A stretch of 63,617 nt of DNA, counting the filler, from Choristocarpus tenellus KU-1152 (taxonomy: Eukaryota; Protista; Phaeophyceae): the NCBI GenBank assembly GCA_964200185.2. It is 12 parts of 12 records of this genome, joined end to end, with 100 filler letters (N's around TTAATTAATTAA, not from the genome) between each part and the next. Parts side by side here need not be neighbours in the genome. Positions count along the whole stretch, not along the records: positions 41,990 to 54,282 come from CAXNAD020001888.1; positions 54,383 to 59,348 come from CAXNAD020012346.1; positions 59,449 to 63,617 come from CAXNAD020015871.1; 9 more parts are not named here. One strand, given 5' to 3'. Numbering within the stretch: position 1 is the first letter of the stretch; every line of letters starts with the position of its first letter. Below are positions 52,205 to 63,617 of the stretch, piece after piece. The notes below the pieces were generated by a model. It saw only the letters and a program-made list of their open reading frames with translations, ran no database searches and was not told the origin of the DNA. Both the position numbers and the translations under genes were made by a program.

Positions 52205-54030
52205 TTGTAAAATAATGTATAAAATGGCACTTTGAATTGCCCCCAAATATTGGGTTGAAAAGCTTCAGTCAGGTGATGTGGCAACGCCTCATTTCTCCAA
52301 GTGAACATAAAAAACCTTTGCAAGCACACACCCTACTGTTGATATGACACCTCTCCAAGTCAATAGCTCCTGTCGGGTGCTCATGATGTTTCCAATACCT
52401 GCATAGTTAGGTGCAGCATTTTGGAGGTTAGGGTTGGGAGTAGAGGATCTCCATCCATCCACCCACCCATCAACCTGTTGAACCCCCCAATCCCTCCCAA
52501 ACCCAAATGTACCCCCTTGTTCATTGGTGCAGATAGCTGACACTGCTGCAAAACTACGTGCCAAGACATCCACAGGGGATGATGTGACTTCCCTGTCCAT
52601 CCTCAAGAATGCCTGGGCTATAGGAGGAGCTCCGGGCAGAGTAGTGGCTGTGGCAGCACCCCCCTGCACCTTGTACCAACCTGGTAGAACCAGTGCAGGG
52701 GGTGTTGGGGGGGGGCAACGGTTGTGGTGGGGTTCAGGGGCGGGGGATGAGGAGAGGGAGGTGCTGATGGCGGTGGTAAATGTGTTGAGGAATGCGTCCT
52801 TTGTGGTGAAGAACGAGAGGGCTATTGCCCACAGCACATGCCTCATGCAGGTGTATTTGTGTTTGTGTGTTTGTGTGTGTGTGTGTTTTTTGCTTTGTCA
52901 AGAGTTTTATTTTTTTTATCAAGATTTTTTTTTTTTGAATAACGGGAAATGTGCACAAGTCTGTTTCTTGTTCAGTGCATCTTTGACAGCTCTTCTTTTA
53001 TTATTTTGATGTAGGGTTGGGGTTGGTGAGTGACTCTGCTCGGCCTGCTTGTGTGTGTGGGTGGTATATTCATGTCTACTTGTTATGTATTGTCATACAC
53101 ACCAGCATGTACACAATGCTACGTGTGTGTAGACTATTTTCTATCCTTCCAAGTGGTCCTGTAGCATGATGTGTCCAAGTATGAAATCGAGATCGCTATC
53201 ATCTATATTCTGAGATATAATCCAAAGTATGTCGACAGCTACAACTTGTTGTCCAACGCCCTCCCTACTCACAGTCGCCTGCCTGCAGTCTAACAAATCG
53301 TACCTTGGAATAGTTGACTCAGAGTGATTTCATATGCATACTCTTTTGGCACGCATGGTCCTCATCCATGCAGTCATGTATGCATGGTGTTGGCACCACT
53401 CAGCTACCCACTCAGTTGGCAGGCCAGCTGGTCTTGAGGAATTAGTTGGGGGGCCACTGTCCTTTTTTTGGGAAAAAATAGCAGTAACTGTTCTCTGTAC
53501 TTGCTAAACATGAAGAGCCGGTTCAAATGTCGGAAGGGTTGGTGCATATACCATAAGGCGTTCACTTTGCTTCCTTATGATATACATCCCTTTCCCCGTC
53601 TGAATGCTGGTGAGGCTTTTCTAATATTCGCATCTCAACGCTCCTGGACTGATTGCAGTGGAAAGGAATCCCAAGGTGTCCTTGTCTCCCAGTGTCCTGG
53701 CTTTTATTGTGCCTCAAATCTCGATACTGAATCTTGACATTGTATCAGGATTCAAACTCAAACATGAAGATGTGCAGTTGCTTATCTGCTTGCACATTCA
53801 TCCTTCCACTACAGTTCATATCCCCCCTCCCCCTCCCAACCTCCTGTGATTTGCCCTTTCTTTTTTCTTTTTTCTTTTTCTCTGTGATTCAGCACCTCCT
53901 TAGTCTGACTATTGAAGGGGGTGGGGAGGTGGGCTTGCATGGATTGGAGCTGCTGAATCGTGTGTACAAGAAGATGGACATATGGGGGCGCCGTATGGCA
54001 GAGTTTGATGAGGGCTGTGGTTGGGCTGAG
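45717..54030 (+). CDS. ARID2/BAF200-like (ARID plus ARM, LFR/BAF250-related) SWI/SNF subunit with polyQ tracts, partial
   Basis: Exons 45717-45824, 45917-46045 and 46242-46331 encode the ARID (LTIGGPPLDLIGLYGAMTKRGGVQRV...HYKNYLYAYEQ). Exons 46948-47289, 49330-49647, 49814-49852 and 49915-50550 are Q-rich or linker. ARM-like exons are 51392-51526 (GAVNTLTKRTF...PGLMDAI), 52533-52850 (VVNVLRNASFVVKNERAIA) and 53893-54030 (HLL...GLELLNRV). All introns are phase 0. Confidence 0.88.
47125..47252 (+). repeat. (CAG)n polyglutamine tract 1
   Basis: CAG runs interrupted by AAG/CAA within an exon. Confidence 0.95.
48858..48975. repeat. (CA)n microsatellite
   Basis: Directly visible. Similar tracts lie at 16997-17028 (CT), 52153-52201 (CA) and 54075-54114 (TG). 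Confidence 0.9.
49463..49635 (+). repeat. QQQHL 15-nt coding minisatellite plus polyQ tract 2
   Basis: (CAGCAGCAGCACCTT)n followed by (CAG)n and (CAAAAACAGCAACAG)n. Confidence 0.9.
49918..50160 (+). repeat. (CAG)n polyglutamine tract 3
   Basis: Long CAG-dominated run within exon 49915-50550. Confidence 0.95.
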
Positions 54031-54070
54031 GTACATGGTATATGGTACATGGTGCATGGTTTCGTTTTTT

Positions 54071-54117
<47 letters not shown>

Positions 54118-55150
54118 ATTACATATGTATGTGCTCAATATATGCTTTAAAGAATTGGTTTGTCCTTTTTTGAAAGTGCGTTTGGTTCTGTTCTTGTTTT
54201 TTTGCTTTTTGTTTTCTTTGGACTGATCCTGGTGTGTTGTAGTTTTACCTTGCATGTGGGACCTTGTAAGTTATGTGGGGGGNNNNNNNNNNNNNNNNNN
54301 NNNNNNNNNNNNNNNNNNNNNNNNNNTTAATTAATTAANNNNNNNNNNNNNNNNNNNNNNNNNNNNNNNNNNNNNNNNNNNNCCCCCCAGATACTTTGTG
54401 TCTGATGTACATACCATACTACCAATGACTATTAAATATTCATAGAACATGCAGCGGGGAGGTGGAGGGAGGGAATTGCCTTGGGATGTTGGCAACCCCC
54501 TTTTATGCACAACAGGGTGGCACAGTTCAAGAAGGGGTGTGGAGTCAGGAGCCCCCGTCTACTCAACACCTTGCACACACTTTAGACCTTGAGCAATTTA
54601 ATAAATGATATCTACAAATAATTGAACGCAAAAAAAATGATCTCCCCATCCTTTATTATGAAAGGGGCAGGTATGGCAAGGATCCTTTGTGGCTTGCTTT
54701 CGGACTTCTCACTACGGATCTATCTCTTGTGCACTTTGGCACATTGTCCACAGGTTTTCCTTCAATCTTGTCCTCCCATCATCATGAAAGGTATTCCGAT
54801 CCTCGTGTAGATGGCGATACTTTGCAAGAAAGGCGTTGGATGAGCAAGGTGGGTACAGTCACCTCAAAAGTGATGCTCTCAATATCTGAACTAAAGGGCT
54901 AATTCCCATGCACTCCCTTTCTACTGTGGGGCAACTCCCTGATGTGAGTTGATCAGCTCTTCCTGACAAATTTTGATCAATAATCTACCCCTCTCACCTC
55001 TATGTCTGCTTGCCAGTAATTCAACAGAACTCATGTTAACGAGCCTAGAGCATATCACCAAGGGATCATCGAAACTACAATTAATTAATAATACAATGAA
55101 CTCACTCAATCACTTTCGTGTTTTGATCATCCCACTCATCTTCTCCACGC

Positions 55151-55233
55151 AGCATCTGTACACCAGTAGTAAGCATCTGTACACCAGCAATAAGCATCTG
55201 CACACCAGTAGTAAGCATCTATACACCAGTAGT
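55151..55233. repeat. 21-bp tandem repeat (AGCATCTGTACACCAGTAGTA) about 4 copies
   Basis: Directly visible tandem array. Confidence 0.85.
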
Positions 55234-58103
55234 AGTGTCAAGAACACAACGAGGCTACATCCATACGGTCAAGGTATCACTGATGTTGCCACATGTCACA
55301 ACACTGTCGCTACATCAAGGAACTTCAACCAAGTCAAATTGAAAAAAAGCCTACTCTTTTTAGAAGTTTGGATTGGGTTGACGACACTGAATGTAGCAGG
55401 GCCAGGGTAGTTGAAGAGGGTAAAATCTGCTCACAGTCTCCACAGTCGTCGTCAGTTTACTTCAGTCAATGAGTGTATTTCAATAGGCACGTCCCAACAC
55501 CCTGATTTACATCACACTGTAGCCCCCAGCTTGTAAAAATTAACATAGAATACACCCTCCTCCCAAGTGAATCAAGCAAACACAATGCACAATTCATGGA
55601 CGTTGACTGCACAGCAATACACTCTCCTTCTGTGTTCCGTGCTACTCAAGTTCTTAAGCCAGCCTCAAGTCAGTCAATCTCATATACCTTATGCACAGAT
55701 CAAATCCCTTCTGCTTTTCAACATAGATCTCTGTACTATTACTGTTCCGCATAAACATCACACTGCACCCTCAACCCACATTTAGTACAGATAGACTAGT
55801 AAACGAACTCTATGTAAGACTTCCACACTGAATACCCAGCACCTGCTATTCCAACACGAATCTAGCCTTCTTCCCACCTACAACTAGTTAAAAATAACCT
55901 TTTCGTACTGCACCCCATATCAAATTTATCATATGCACATTCCAATTATGCCTCAAAAAGTACTGCTGTTCATACCCAAACATTACATGCACCCTCCTCC
56001 AAATTTTACGTCTCTGTTCTCTCCCTAACAGAACAGTATCCTTTCCATCCTAACCGTAACCCTAACCCTAACTCACAAATTTGCCGCACATGATCCATGC
56101 TACTCTCTGAAGTATCCAGTCCTAGTAACTCTCTTGTGCCTACAAAAAAGATTACACTGCACCCTCGACTCTAATTTCGTATCACTAAGTTTTTTTCCCA
56201 ACACAATACTGCCCTTTACGCCCACCAAACTTACCTATCACACACTCTACTCAAGCATCCACATCTAGGAAAGGTGCTCCCCCTATTTGAACATTACACC
56301 AACTGACCTCATCCTCTATACTCTGATTTCACATTATGACTTTCGCCCATTCCACAGCATTTGGGTGACTATGCTGCCCGTTTAAACCTAAACACAACTC
56401 ACTCCTCATACTACGCACCATTGAAATTTACTGCTAAGTATGAACAGTTATTTCAAGCGCAAAGTGCTGGGGGTCCAACTGTCCCTACCTGAACATGGAC
56501 TGCACCCACCAACCTATATTTATGCTAGTCAATCAGTCCTCTTCCAAATACAACAGTCCCACTCTTCCCTGCACACATTATACCCATACCACAACATAAC
56601 CATGCAACTTCACATGTGACTGCCTTGAACTGCCATGTGGTGGGAACCCTCAAGCTCTGGTGCTATCTAAACATTAACTGGCCACTTACATAACACATTA
56701 CTTCCATTTCTGACCACCAAACATAACATACAAAAACCTCATTCACTCTCCCTGTCCTACAGTTGTGGGGAGGGTGCCATCCCCACTCAAGGGTTGCAAG
56801 GAGTGACTGTAGCCATCCATCCTAATTTAACACTGTGACTCATGTCTCTTCCACAACAACCTCACTCTCCCTTTACAACCTGAACAAAATTTACTTATCC
56901 TGTTAAAATACACCAATTCATATTCACCCCCCTCAAGCATCATGTGCTAGGGTCTAACTGTCTGAACTTGAATGACACACAGGGCCCTGGACTCTAATTT
57001 CACACAAACTACTGGAGGGTTCCCAGGCCAAAACTAAACAGCATTTCCCACCCTAAATAGGATTTTTATACACATGCAAATTTGCTGGATATGTGTGTGT
57101 GCCCAACCCTACTCCATGCACATGCTACAGGCCCTAGAGCCCTACAGACAGTTTTTTCGTCAACATCACACTTCACCCTCCACTCCAATTCCATGGAACT
57201 CAAGTACCTCAATCCAACGGCTACTACGCTGATCCCTTTCCACTCGACACACGCTATACTTGACATGCTACACAACAGTATGAATTTTGCTGCATACTCA
57301 CAACCCTGAAGTATTGGATGCTTGGAACCCTCAGCTCTGAACGGTTGCTAATCAAACATCACGGTGCACTGTCACCCAGATATTTCCTATCAATCAACAT
57401 CCTGCAAAAGGTAATGCCTTTCGCCTCATTGACTGATCATTCGAGTTGATACGCAGTGCATTGACCTCTACATAATATGAGGCAAGCATGAGCAGTGTGG
57501 TGTACTGGTGTAGGCATTTTGGCACTTGGCTGAGAATATTGCAGGAAACATGTGCAGAGAATCAGAATGAGAGCCTGACAAGAGTCAACCTTTGTGGAAT
57601 AGATCAGATGCTTGTTGAGTTCAGAAACAAATATGATTATCATCATTGTCGTACATTATTGATGTTACATACAAAGGACAATCCCCTGCTGTCTCAGAGG
57701 AGGGCAGATCAAATATCTAAGGTCATATAAAATCAAACACACAATGTCATTCTAATTTAAACATCTAAGTCTATACTATTTGTTCATTTACATCAGAAAG
57801 TTCAACACTCAGGCTAAACTTTGTCGAGAATTATCAGATTCTCCTCCCCTCTCTCAAAGTATACGATTTTTTCTTATTCTTCCCCGAGTGAAGACGATCT
57901 ATTCCTCCTGAAATATAATTGAAATCACGCCAATATTAAGACAGGCAAAAAGGGGGAAAACAGGAGCTAAGCATGTCTTGTGGTGGGGGGAAATATTCCA
58001 GACCATAGCATGAGTGCGTACTCTTTCAACATCACGCTCACCAGCATGCCATGATAAAAACGGTTGTGAACAAACTATAACACAAAAGGAGTTACTTTTC
58101 AAA

Positions 58104-58979
58104 CTATATATTTACGTTTTGCATTGACAACTGCAACATTCCCCTAGTGAACGCATTTACGTCCTTGCAGCTCTGCACCTTAATTGTGGCACTACGTTTG
58201 GAAAAAGTAGGTTGTACCCGCCACGTAAGACCGACTTTCGCCTCCTCCTTCAGGTCAACTCTCCCTCCCCTTCGCTTCTTGCTTTCCGTCCTTCGGTCAG
58301 TTACCTTAAGTAGGCAACAGCAAGGTAATTTGTAAGGTGCACGTTGCTTGCCTCCTCGTTCAATCCAGCATATGGTTGCTCCATTATCATCAGTATATAG
58401 GACTATACTCTGCTTTCGTTTCCCCAGGAGACCAGGGATTTTGAGAGTGGCCTCTATACCACAGGTCAATTCTCCCAAGAACTCCAGCAGGTAATTGGAA
58501 CGAGCGCACCCCCCCAAACTCTGGCACTCTAAGCATCTCCCTTCCACGTCTTCCCCTTCCTCGTTTGTTCCATCCCTCTCCAGCCCCCTAGATCGGAAGG
58601 GGAGGCCCTGCTCACCGAAAACCATCTCCTCCCACCAGTCCTCGATGATGAAGACATCCTTTACAAGAGGCTCACCAAGTTCATCAGCAAACTTCACCAC
58701 CCGATCCAATATTAGACCATTGTACGCCGTATCCGACTCAGGAGTACAACGTCCTGAAACGCTCAGAGTACCTGTGGTTTCTGCAGAACCACCTCGTTTG
58801 TGACATTGTGGTAACTTTAGGTCCAAACATTCTGAAGATTCCGTATCGGAGTCGCGTTCAATAGACGGCAACCCTGTTCTCAATGAGGCCAAGACGATCT
58901 CCGTATGTTCCATGCTTAACCCATTCTCCTTCATCTGATCCCTCCCCTGCCCTGGTGTTCCCAGTTCCACCGTCACCAT
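58104..58979 (-). CDS. Intronless hypothetical protein (~291 aa) with an RVxF-like PP1-docking motif and a C-terminal PH-like domain
   Basis: Longest uninterrupted ORF in the window (58104-59126; a plausible ATG is at 58979). It contains RVVKFADELGEPL and a C-terminal segment G.....K......K...LY.D..G..ICW ... terminal helix AFTRGMLQL, typical of PH-like folds. Confidence 0.7.
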   Translation of the reverse strand: MVTVELGTPGQGRDQMKENGLSMEHTEIVLASLRTGLPSIERDSDTESSECLDLKLPQCHKRGGSAETTGTLSVSGRCTPESDTAYNGLILDRVVKFADELGEPLVKDVFIIEDWWEEMVFGEQGLPFRSRGLERDGTNEEGEDVEGRCLECQSLGGCARSNYLLEFLGELTCGIEATLKIPGLLGKRKQSIVLYTDDNGATICWIERGGKQRAPYKLPCCCLLKVTDRRTESKKRRGGRVDLKEEAKVGLTWRVQPTFSKRSATIKVQSCKDVNAFTRGMLQLSMQNVNI

Positions 58980-59492
58980 GGTAACCAAACTTCGTGATCG
59001 TAAGATGATGTTACAGGTTTCATCTACACGATCGATGAAGGAGATATAAGATTCAATACATCGAATCTTGAAGCTTGAAGCACAACTTTCCACCGTTAAT
59101 ATATAACAATATTCTAAACAATACATAGATACACTATAGTAATATGTATATCATCAAACGAACAACGGAAAAAGATAACGGATTTTTATTTTTCGTAATT
59201 GATGAGATTTGAAAGGGAAAATTAGAAATGGACAGAGCACAAAAAAGTATGTCTAAAGTACCTACCCCGATTTTGTGCACTCATGGGCATGCCCGAAAAA
59301 AGCGGCACATAATCTATATGGTACAATATCGGTTTTGGTAGTAATTAGNNNNNNNNNNNNNNNNNNNNNNNNNNNNNNNNNNNNNNNNNNNNTTAATTAA
59401 TTAANNNNNNNNNNNNNNNNNNNNNNNNNNNNNNNNNNNNNNNNNNNNCCCCCCACCCCCCACCCCTGGGCCAAATATAGGAAAATACTTAC

Positions 59493-62400
59493 CCCTGCTC
59501 CAATGAGACTGAAAAGTGAGGACAAAAACAAAGGAGCCCCTGGCAGTTCAAAGCCGATCCTCTCCTTGACCTCCTCAGAAATACCCCATGAAAACACATG
59601 CCCGTATATTGGTGCGGCCATACCCTGGGAGATAATCCGAAGGCTCATGATCGCGCCCTGTTCTCAAAGCAAAGAACGTTCACGGAACAGTGCGCAGCAG
59701 GGAGAACGAGAGGAGAACGGGGAAGGATTGAAGTTCGCAGGCGTTGACTCAGATAGTTGGGGGGGGGGGGGTAGATACGTATTATTATTACTGTACTCTC
59801 TCAAGAGCATTGAGATTGTTACCGCTACTACTATGTTTGGGTGAGAGAGGATAGGATGGGAGCACCTCAAGAATAATACAAACACGAGCAAAGTTCGTGT
59901 TTGTCGAATGTGTTTGTCTCGAGTGCAACATGGTTTCTCTGTATCTGGAGTGGGATAGGAACGGCCCGGCCCCCTTCAGATGAACAACTACCTCAATCCC
60001 CCCTCCCTAAAATATTCCCAGTACCAGCGGGAAGGCGTTGTCACCTGCAGGCTGCCCTGCTCATCATCACCTACAAAGCGGGTCATGACTGCCTGGGCGC
60101 ATGGCTCGGTTACCACCTGAGGGTTAGGGGAGGTCATGGGGGAGGAGGAGGAAGGCGTTTGAACCTCTTCGTGAACAACTCAGGGCTAGGGTTAGGGTTA
60201 GACGTGAGAGATGCAGCACCTTGATTTGCACCCCTTTTAAACCTAATTTCAATTCTCACCGAGATTTTTTTTGTAATGATGGATATGGATATGGTGTAAG
60301 TGAGGCAAGTATTGCATTGAGGTAAAGTGGCCAAGCAGTGTGATCTTTACATGGAAAGGGCACACCTACCCCACCTGAGAGGTTCATAGCACAGCAGGTA
60401 AAAAACTTCACGGAAAGGTGAAATATATCTATCTCACTTGATCTCACTTGTGTTGTTGATGAATATGGTGAGATTTGTGCAAGGACATAGTCGAAGAGAG
60501 AGCTGGGGACATATCTTAGAATAGAATAACATGTGATGAACATGATCCTACCATAAATCAGAATTTGAATATAATGGTTGATGATACAATCTCACTGTCA
60601 GATTTGAACCGTGAACAAAATTTGGAATAGAGCCGGGTTTTTTTATCAGTAGAATGAAATGTATACCTAACCAAGGGGAACAAACATGTAACTGACAAAA
60701 ACAAAAATTTCAAATGAACTGTACAAAGAGTGGTAGATAATCATATATTAAAACTATTAACATTGTGGTACAAAATAGAATAAAACTATTAACTCTATGA
60801 TACAAAATAGATTAAAACTATTAACTTTATGGTACAAAATAGATTAAACCCATTAACTTTATGATACAAAATAGATTAAACCCATTAACTTTATGGTACA
60901 AAATAGATTAAACCCATTAACATTATGGTACAAAATAAATTAAACCCATTAACTTTATGGTACAAAATAGATGCGGTGTCAGACGAACAAGTACCATTCC
61001 ATCATCATGCACTCGAAAGTCTGTGGACATCATAGGGTTTGCTAACATTTGCTAACAGAGGTGTGTTTGCTGTGTTTGCTGTGTTTGCTGTGAATCTCAC
61101 ACCCCTTCATGGTCTGTTGATGCTTGTTGCCACTTGGGAGTGTTTGACCAACAACTACTCTTTAAGGGGGCAGACTATGAATAGTCTTTGTTGCTCTAGT
61201 CGTAATGACCTCTCACAGACCACCATAACAAAAACATGGTCCTATTCCTGAGTGACCCCAACCTTCCTCTTTTCTCATGATAACACAACACATAACACAA
61301 CACATCACTGATACAGCCATATGCGGGACTCACATGCAGTACAGTGACCACTAGGACAGGGTACATCATCCAGCCCTTGCTGCACAAGCCATATAGAGTT
61401 CCTGAAACAGCCTGACAATAAATTTCACACATTTTTTTTTTCATAGGGTACAACAGTGATATTATTATTATTAATATTATTGTTGTTAATGCCACAATAA
61501 ATGCATGGGATTGTTTACATCCTTAAAAAAAGGCTGGGTTCATAGGTGGAAAAATGTCTTTGATCATCCAAGAGGAACCAACAGCCCACTGTAGACAGTA
61601 GGGTTAGGGTTAGGGCAGTTCAAACTTCACAACAAAAAAAGCAAAAAAAAGACTGACTGCATCTGTTGCTACAGTGTAGTAAAGACCTATCGCCGATAAT
61701 GAGCTATCGCTACTGCTATCAAAGCCCAACCAGGACAAACCCTTTTCTCTCATAAGCTACACACTTAAGCAACAACCAAACAATGTACACAACAACCAAA
61801 AAATGTACACACCAAACAATTTACAGAGGAGTACTACACAATGACCAAGCCAAGACACGTCCTCTTCTCATGCCAGACAACAGCTCTCAATCTTCCCTTT
61901 CCCATTCACGGTGTTAGCTGGAATAGCTTGTTAATAGCTTGTTAATAGCTCTTTCCATGCCTGTCAGACCAAAAGGCAATGATTATTGATTTGCCACCCA
62001 CCGCCTGTTGGCACAACAACCCACCTTTTACGTCACTCCACCTCATTTCACCTCATTCCACCTCTTCTCCACTAGAGTGTTTGCACTATTCAACATTCAA
62101 TATTGACTCTTAAACATTCAATATTAACTATTCAACATTCAATATTAACTATTCAACAGCAAAAACGGACAAATGTCATCACAGTTACAATTAGGGTTAG
62201 GGTTTTTGGGGGGGTGAAAAATATAGAAGTGCTACAAATGAGATTTTCCTCCAAACCTCCCAAATCCCAAACTGTGGGATTTCAAAGGGGGCTGTACACA
62301 TACAACATAACATTCCTCCCACCCCCACCCCCCAGCCTTGAAATTCTCGCTTACCACAGTACCCCTCACCTGTAAAATAATTCCGCAGAGAACCCCCTCA

Positions 62401-63554
62401 TTTTCTGTCAAGATTTTTGGAATGATGGCTCGTATGACAACACCCTGCATCAGGGCAAGGCAAAGTCCAACAGTGGAGAACCATGCACCAATGACCACAG
62501 GACCCCAGCCGTACCGGTAGTCCATGTAGTTGTACCACACTCCGTAAATGTTCAGTGCCAGGTTAAAGAAGAAGAGGCATAGTGACATGGGCAGCACCCC
62601 TCTTTTTTGATAGGGTGCAAAGTTGGAATATTGATTGGAATATTAAGACCATCACCGCCGTGGTGAAGATGGCATCCAAGAGAGAGTGAGATAGGTTGGT
62701 GAAATGAGATCGGTGAGATGAGATTGGGAAGACAGCGGGAGAGGAGGGAAGGGATGTCAATTGTAAAAGGCGGTACGTGGACGAGCATGTCATGCAGTGG
62801 AATAGATGGACAATGTTGGGAGTAGAGGGTGGGAGGTGGAAGGCGTTGGGCAGGCACATGATTGCCTCTGATAGAGCTCCACAGTATGAATAGGAATGGA
62901 ACACTATTATGCAAATAGGAAGTTCATAACAGGGGTGACAAAGGGGCCTGGATGGTGAGGTGCTCACCCCCTGTGGGAAAAGTCTGAAGTATAAATGGCG
63001 ATGAAAAAGGCATCGGTGCTTTGATGGGATGACAACAGCGCTACTTCTACGATGAAATCCAATCTGACAATTCAGTTCACCACTACGACCAATACAAGGT
63101 CGACAAAGAAGCAGCACATCAGGAGATTCGAACACCAGCACGACAGTCTCGTGGCAGTCTCATGATAATAGCAAAGCACAACAGGCCCTTCCAAAAAGGA
63201 AGAGTAGGCTGAGGGTCATTTGTCATTTGAGGTTCTGTTGTGTGCACACCTGCGAGATATAACTTTCAGAAGAGATAAAGGTCCAACTCGTCCACATGTG
63301 CGCATGGCCTGTACTGGCGCCCCATTGACAATACCAGGAGAATCAGTTACAGGGGGTTGATGTGCTGTCTCTTCCCACCCAAAGAAGATCAACAGAAGCA
63401 AGGATAAGGTTGACAACACCGTGGTGGCGAGGCATGCCGCCCGAGCGTGAAATGAGCTCAGTAGTCCCCCCAAGATCGGTCCGATGCAAATGGACAATCC
63501 AAAAGTGGCCCCAAGCACACCGAGGCCATGAGAAAGGCTGTCCTTTCCCCCCAA
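59493..63554 (-). CDS. MFS transporter, tetracycline:H+ antiporter / HIAT1 (MFSD14)-like, partial, 5 exons
   Basis: Exons: 63554-63250 (GATFGLSICIGPILGGLL, antiporter motif C), 62601-62370 (YMDYRYGWGPVVIG...LMQG), 61411-61334 (LYGLCSKGWMMY), 60116-60045 (EPCAQAVMTRFVGDDEQGSLQ), 59657-59493 (GAIMSL...PGAPLFLSS). Phases are consistent. Confidence 0.93.
60747..60970. repeat. 32-bp minisatellite, 7 copies (ATTAAAMCYATTAACTTTATGGTACAAAATAG)
   Basis: Seven head-to-tail units with no spacers, inside an MFS intron. Confidence 0.92.
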
Positions 63555-63617
63555 TCTATGAAAAAAAAATAGAGAGGGCAGGTGGGGGCGTGGGGGGGGG
63601 GGGGGGGGGGGGGGGGG

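Noticed and set aside
60747-60970. CRISPR-like array
   Set aside because: Units are contiguous with no unique spacers, there are no cas genes, and it sits in a eukaryotic intron.

Overview
Eukaryotic, intron-rich genomic DNA. Brown alga or a related stramenopile is the most likely source; this is inferred from long GT/AG introns, scattered (TTAGGG)n tracts and the TE repertoire. The window has 12 contigs joined by 11 artificial 100-bp spacers (N44-TTAATTAATTAA-N44). Six spliced genes can be rebuilt by hand, all partial: the C-terminal part of a formin (FH2 plus DAD-like tail, +); a Cbl-TKB-like EF-hand plus SH2 protein (+); a YnaI-type MscS mechanosensitive channel (-); a kinesin motor with a GC-AG intron in its P-loop (-); an ARID2/BAF200-like SWI/SNF subunit with large polyQ tracts, head-to-head with the kinesin (+); and a tetracycline/HIAT1-type MFS transporter (-). 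There is also an intronless ORF with an RVxF motif and a PH-like domain (-). Mobile DNA includes a Ty3/Gypsy gag-protease with an apparent CCCH-type finger, a CRE-like non-LTR RT, a plant-type mariner transposase, and two abundant MITE families sharing a CAAAGTATCT subterminal motif. One MITE family has Sola2-like GAG...CTC ends and 4-bp TSDs. No prokaryotic-type system (CRISPR, operon) or RNA gene is supportable. The most interesting items are the Cbl-like SH2 module, the CCCH-type gag, the MITE pair and the polyQ ARID2-like protein.
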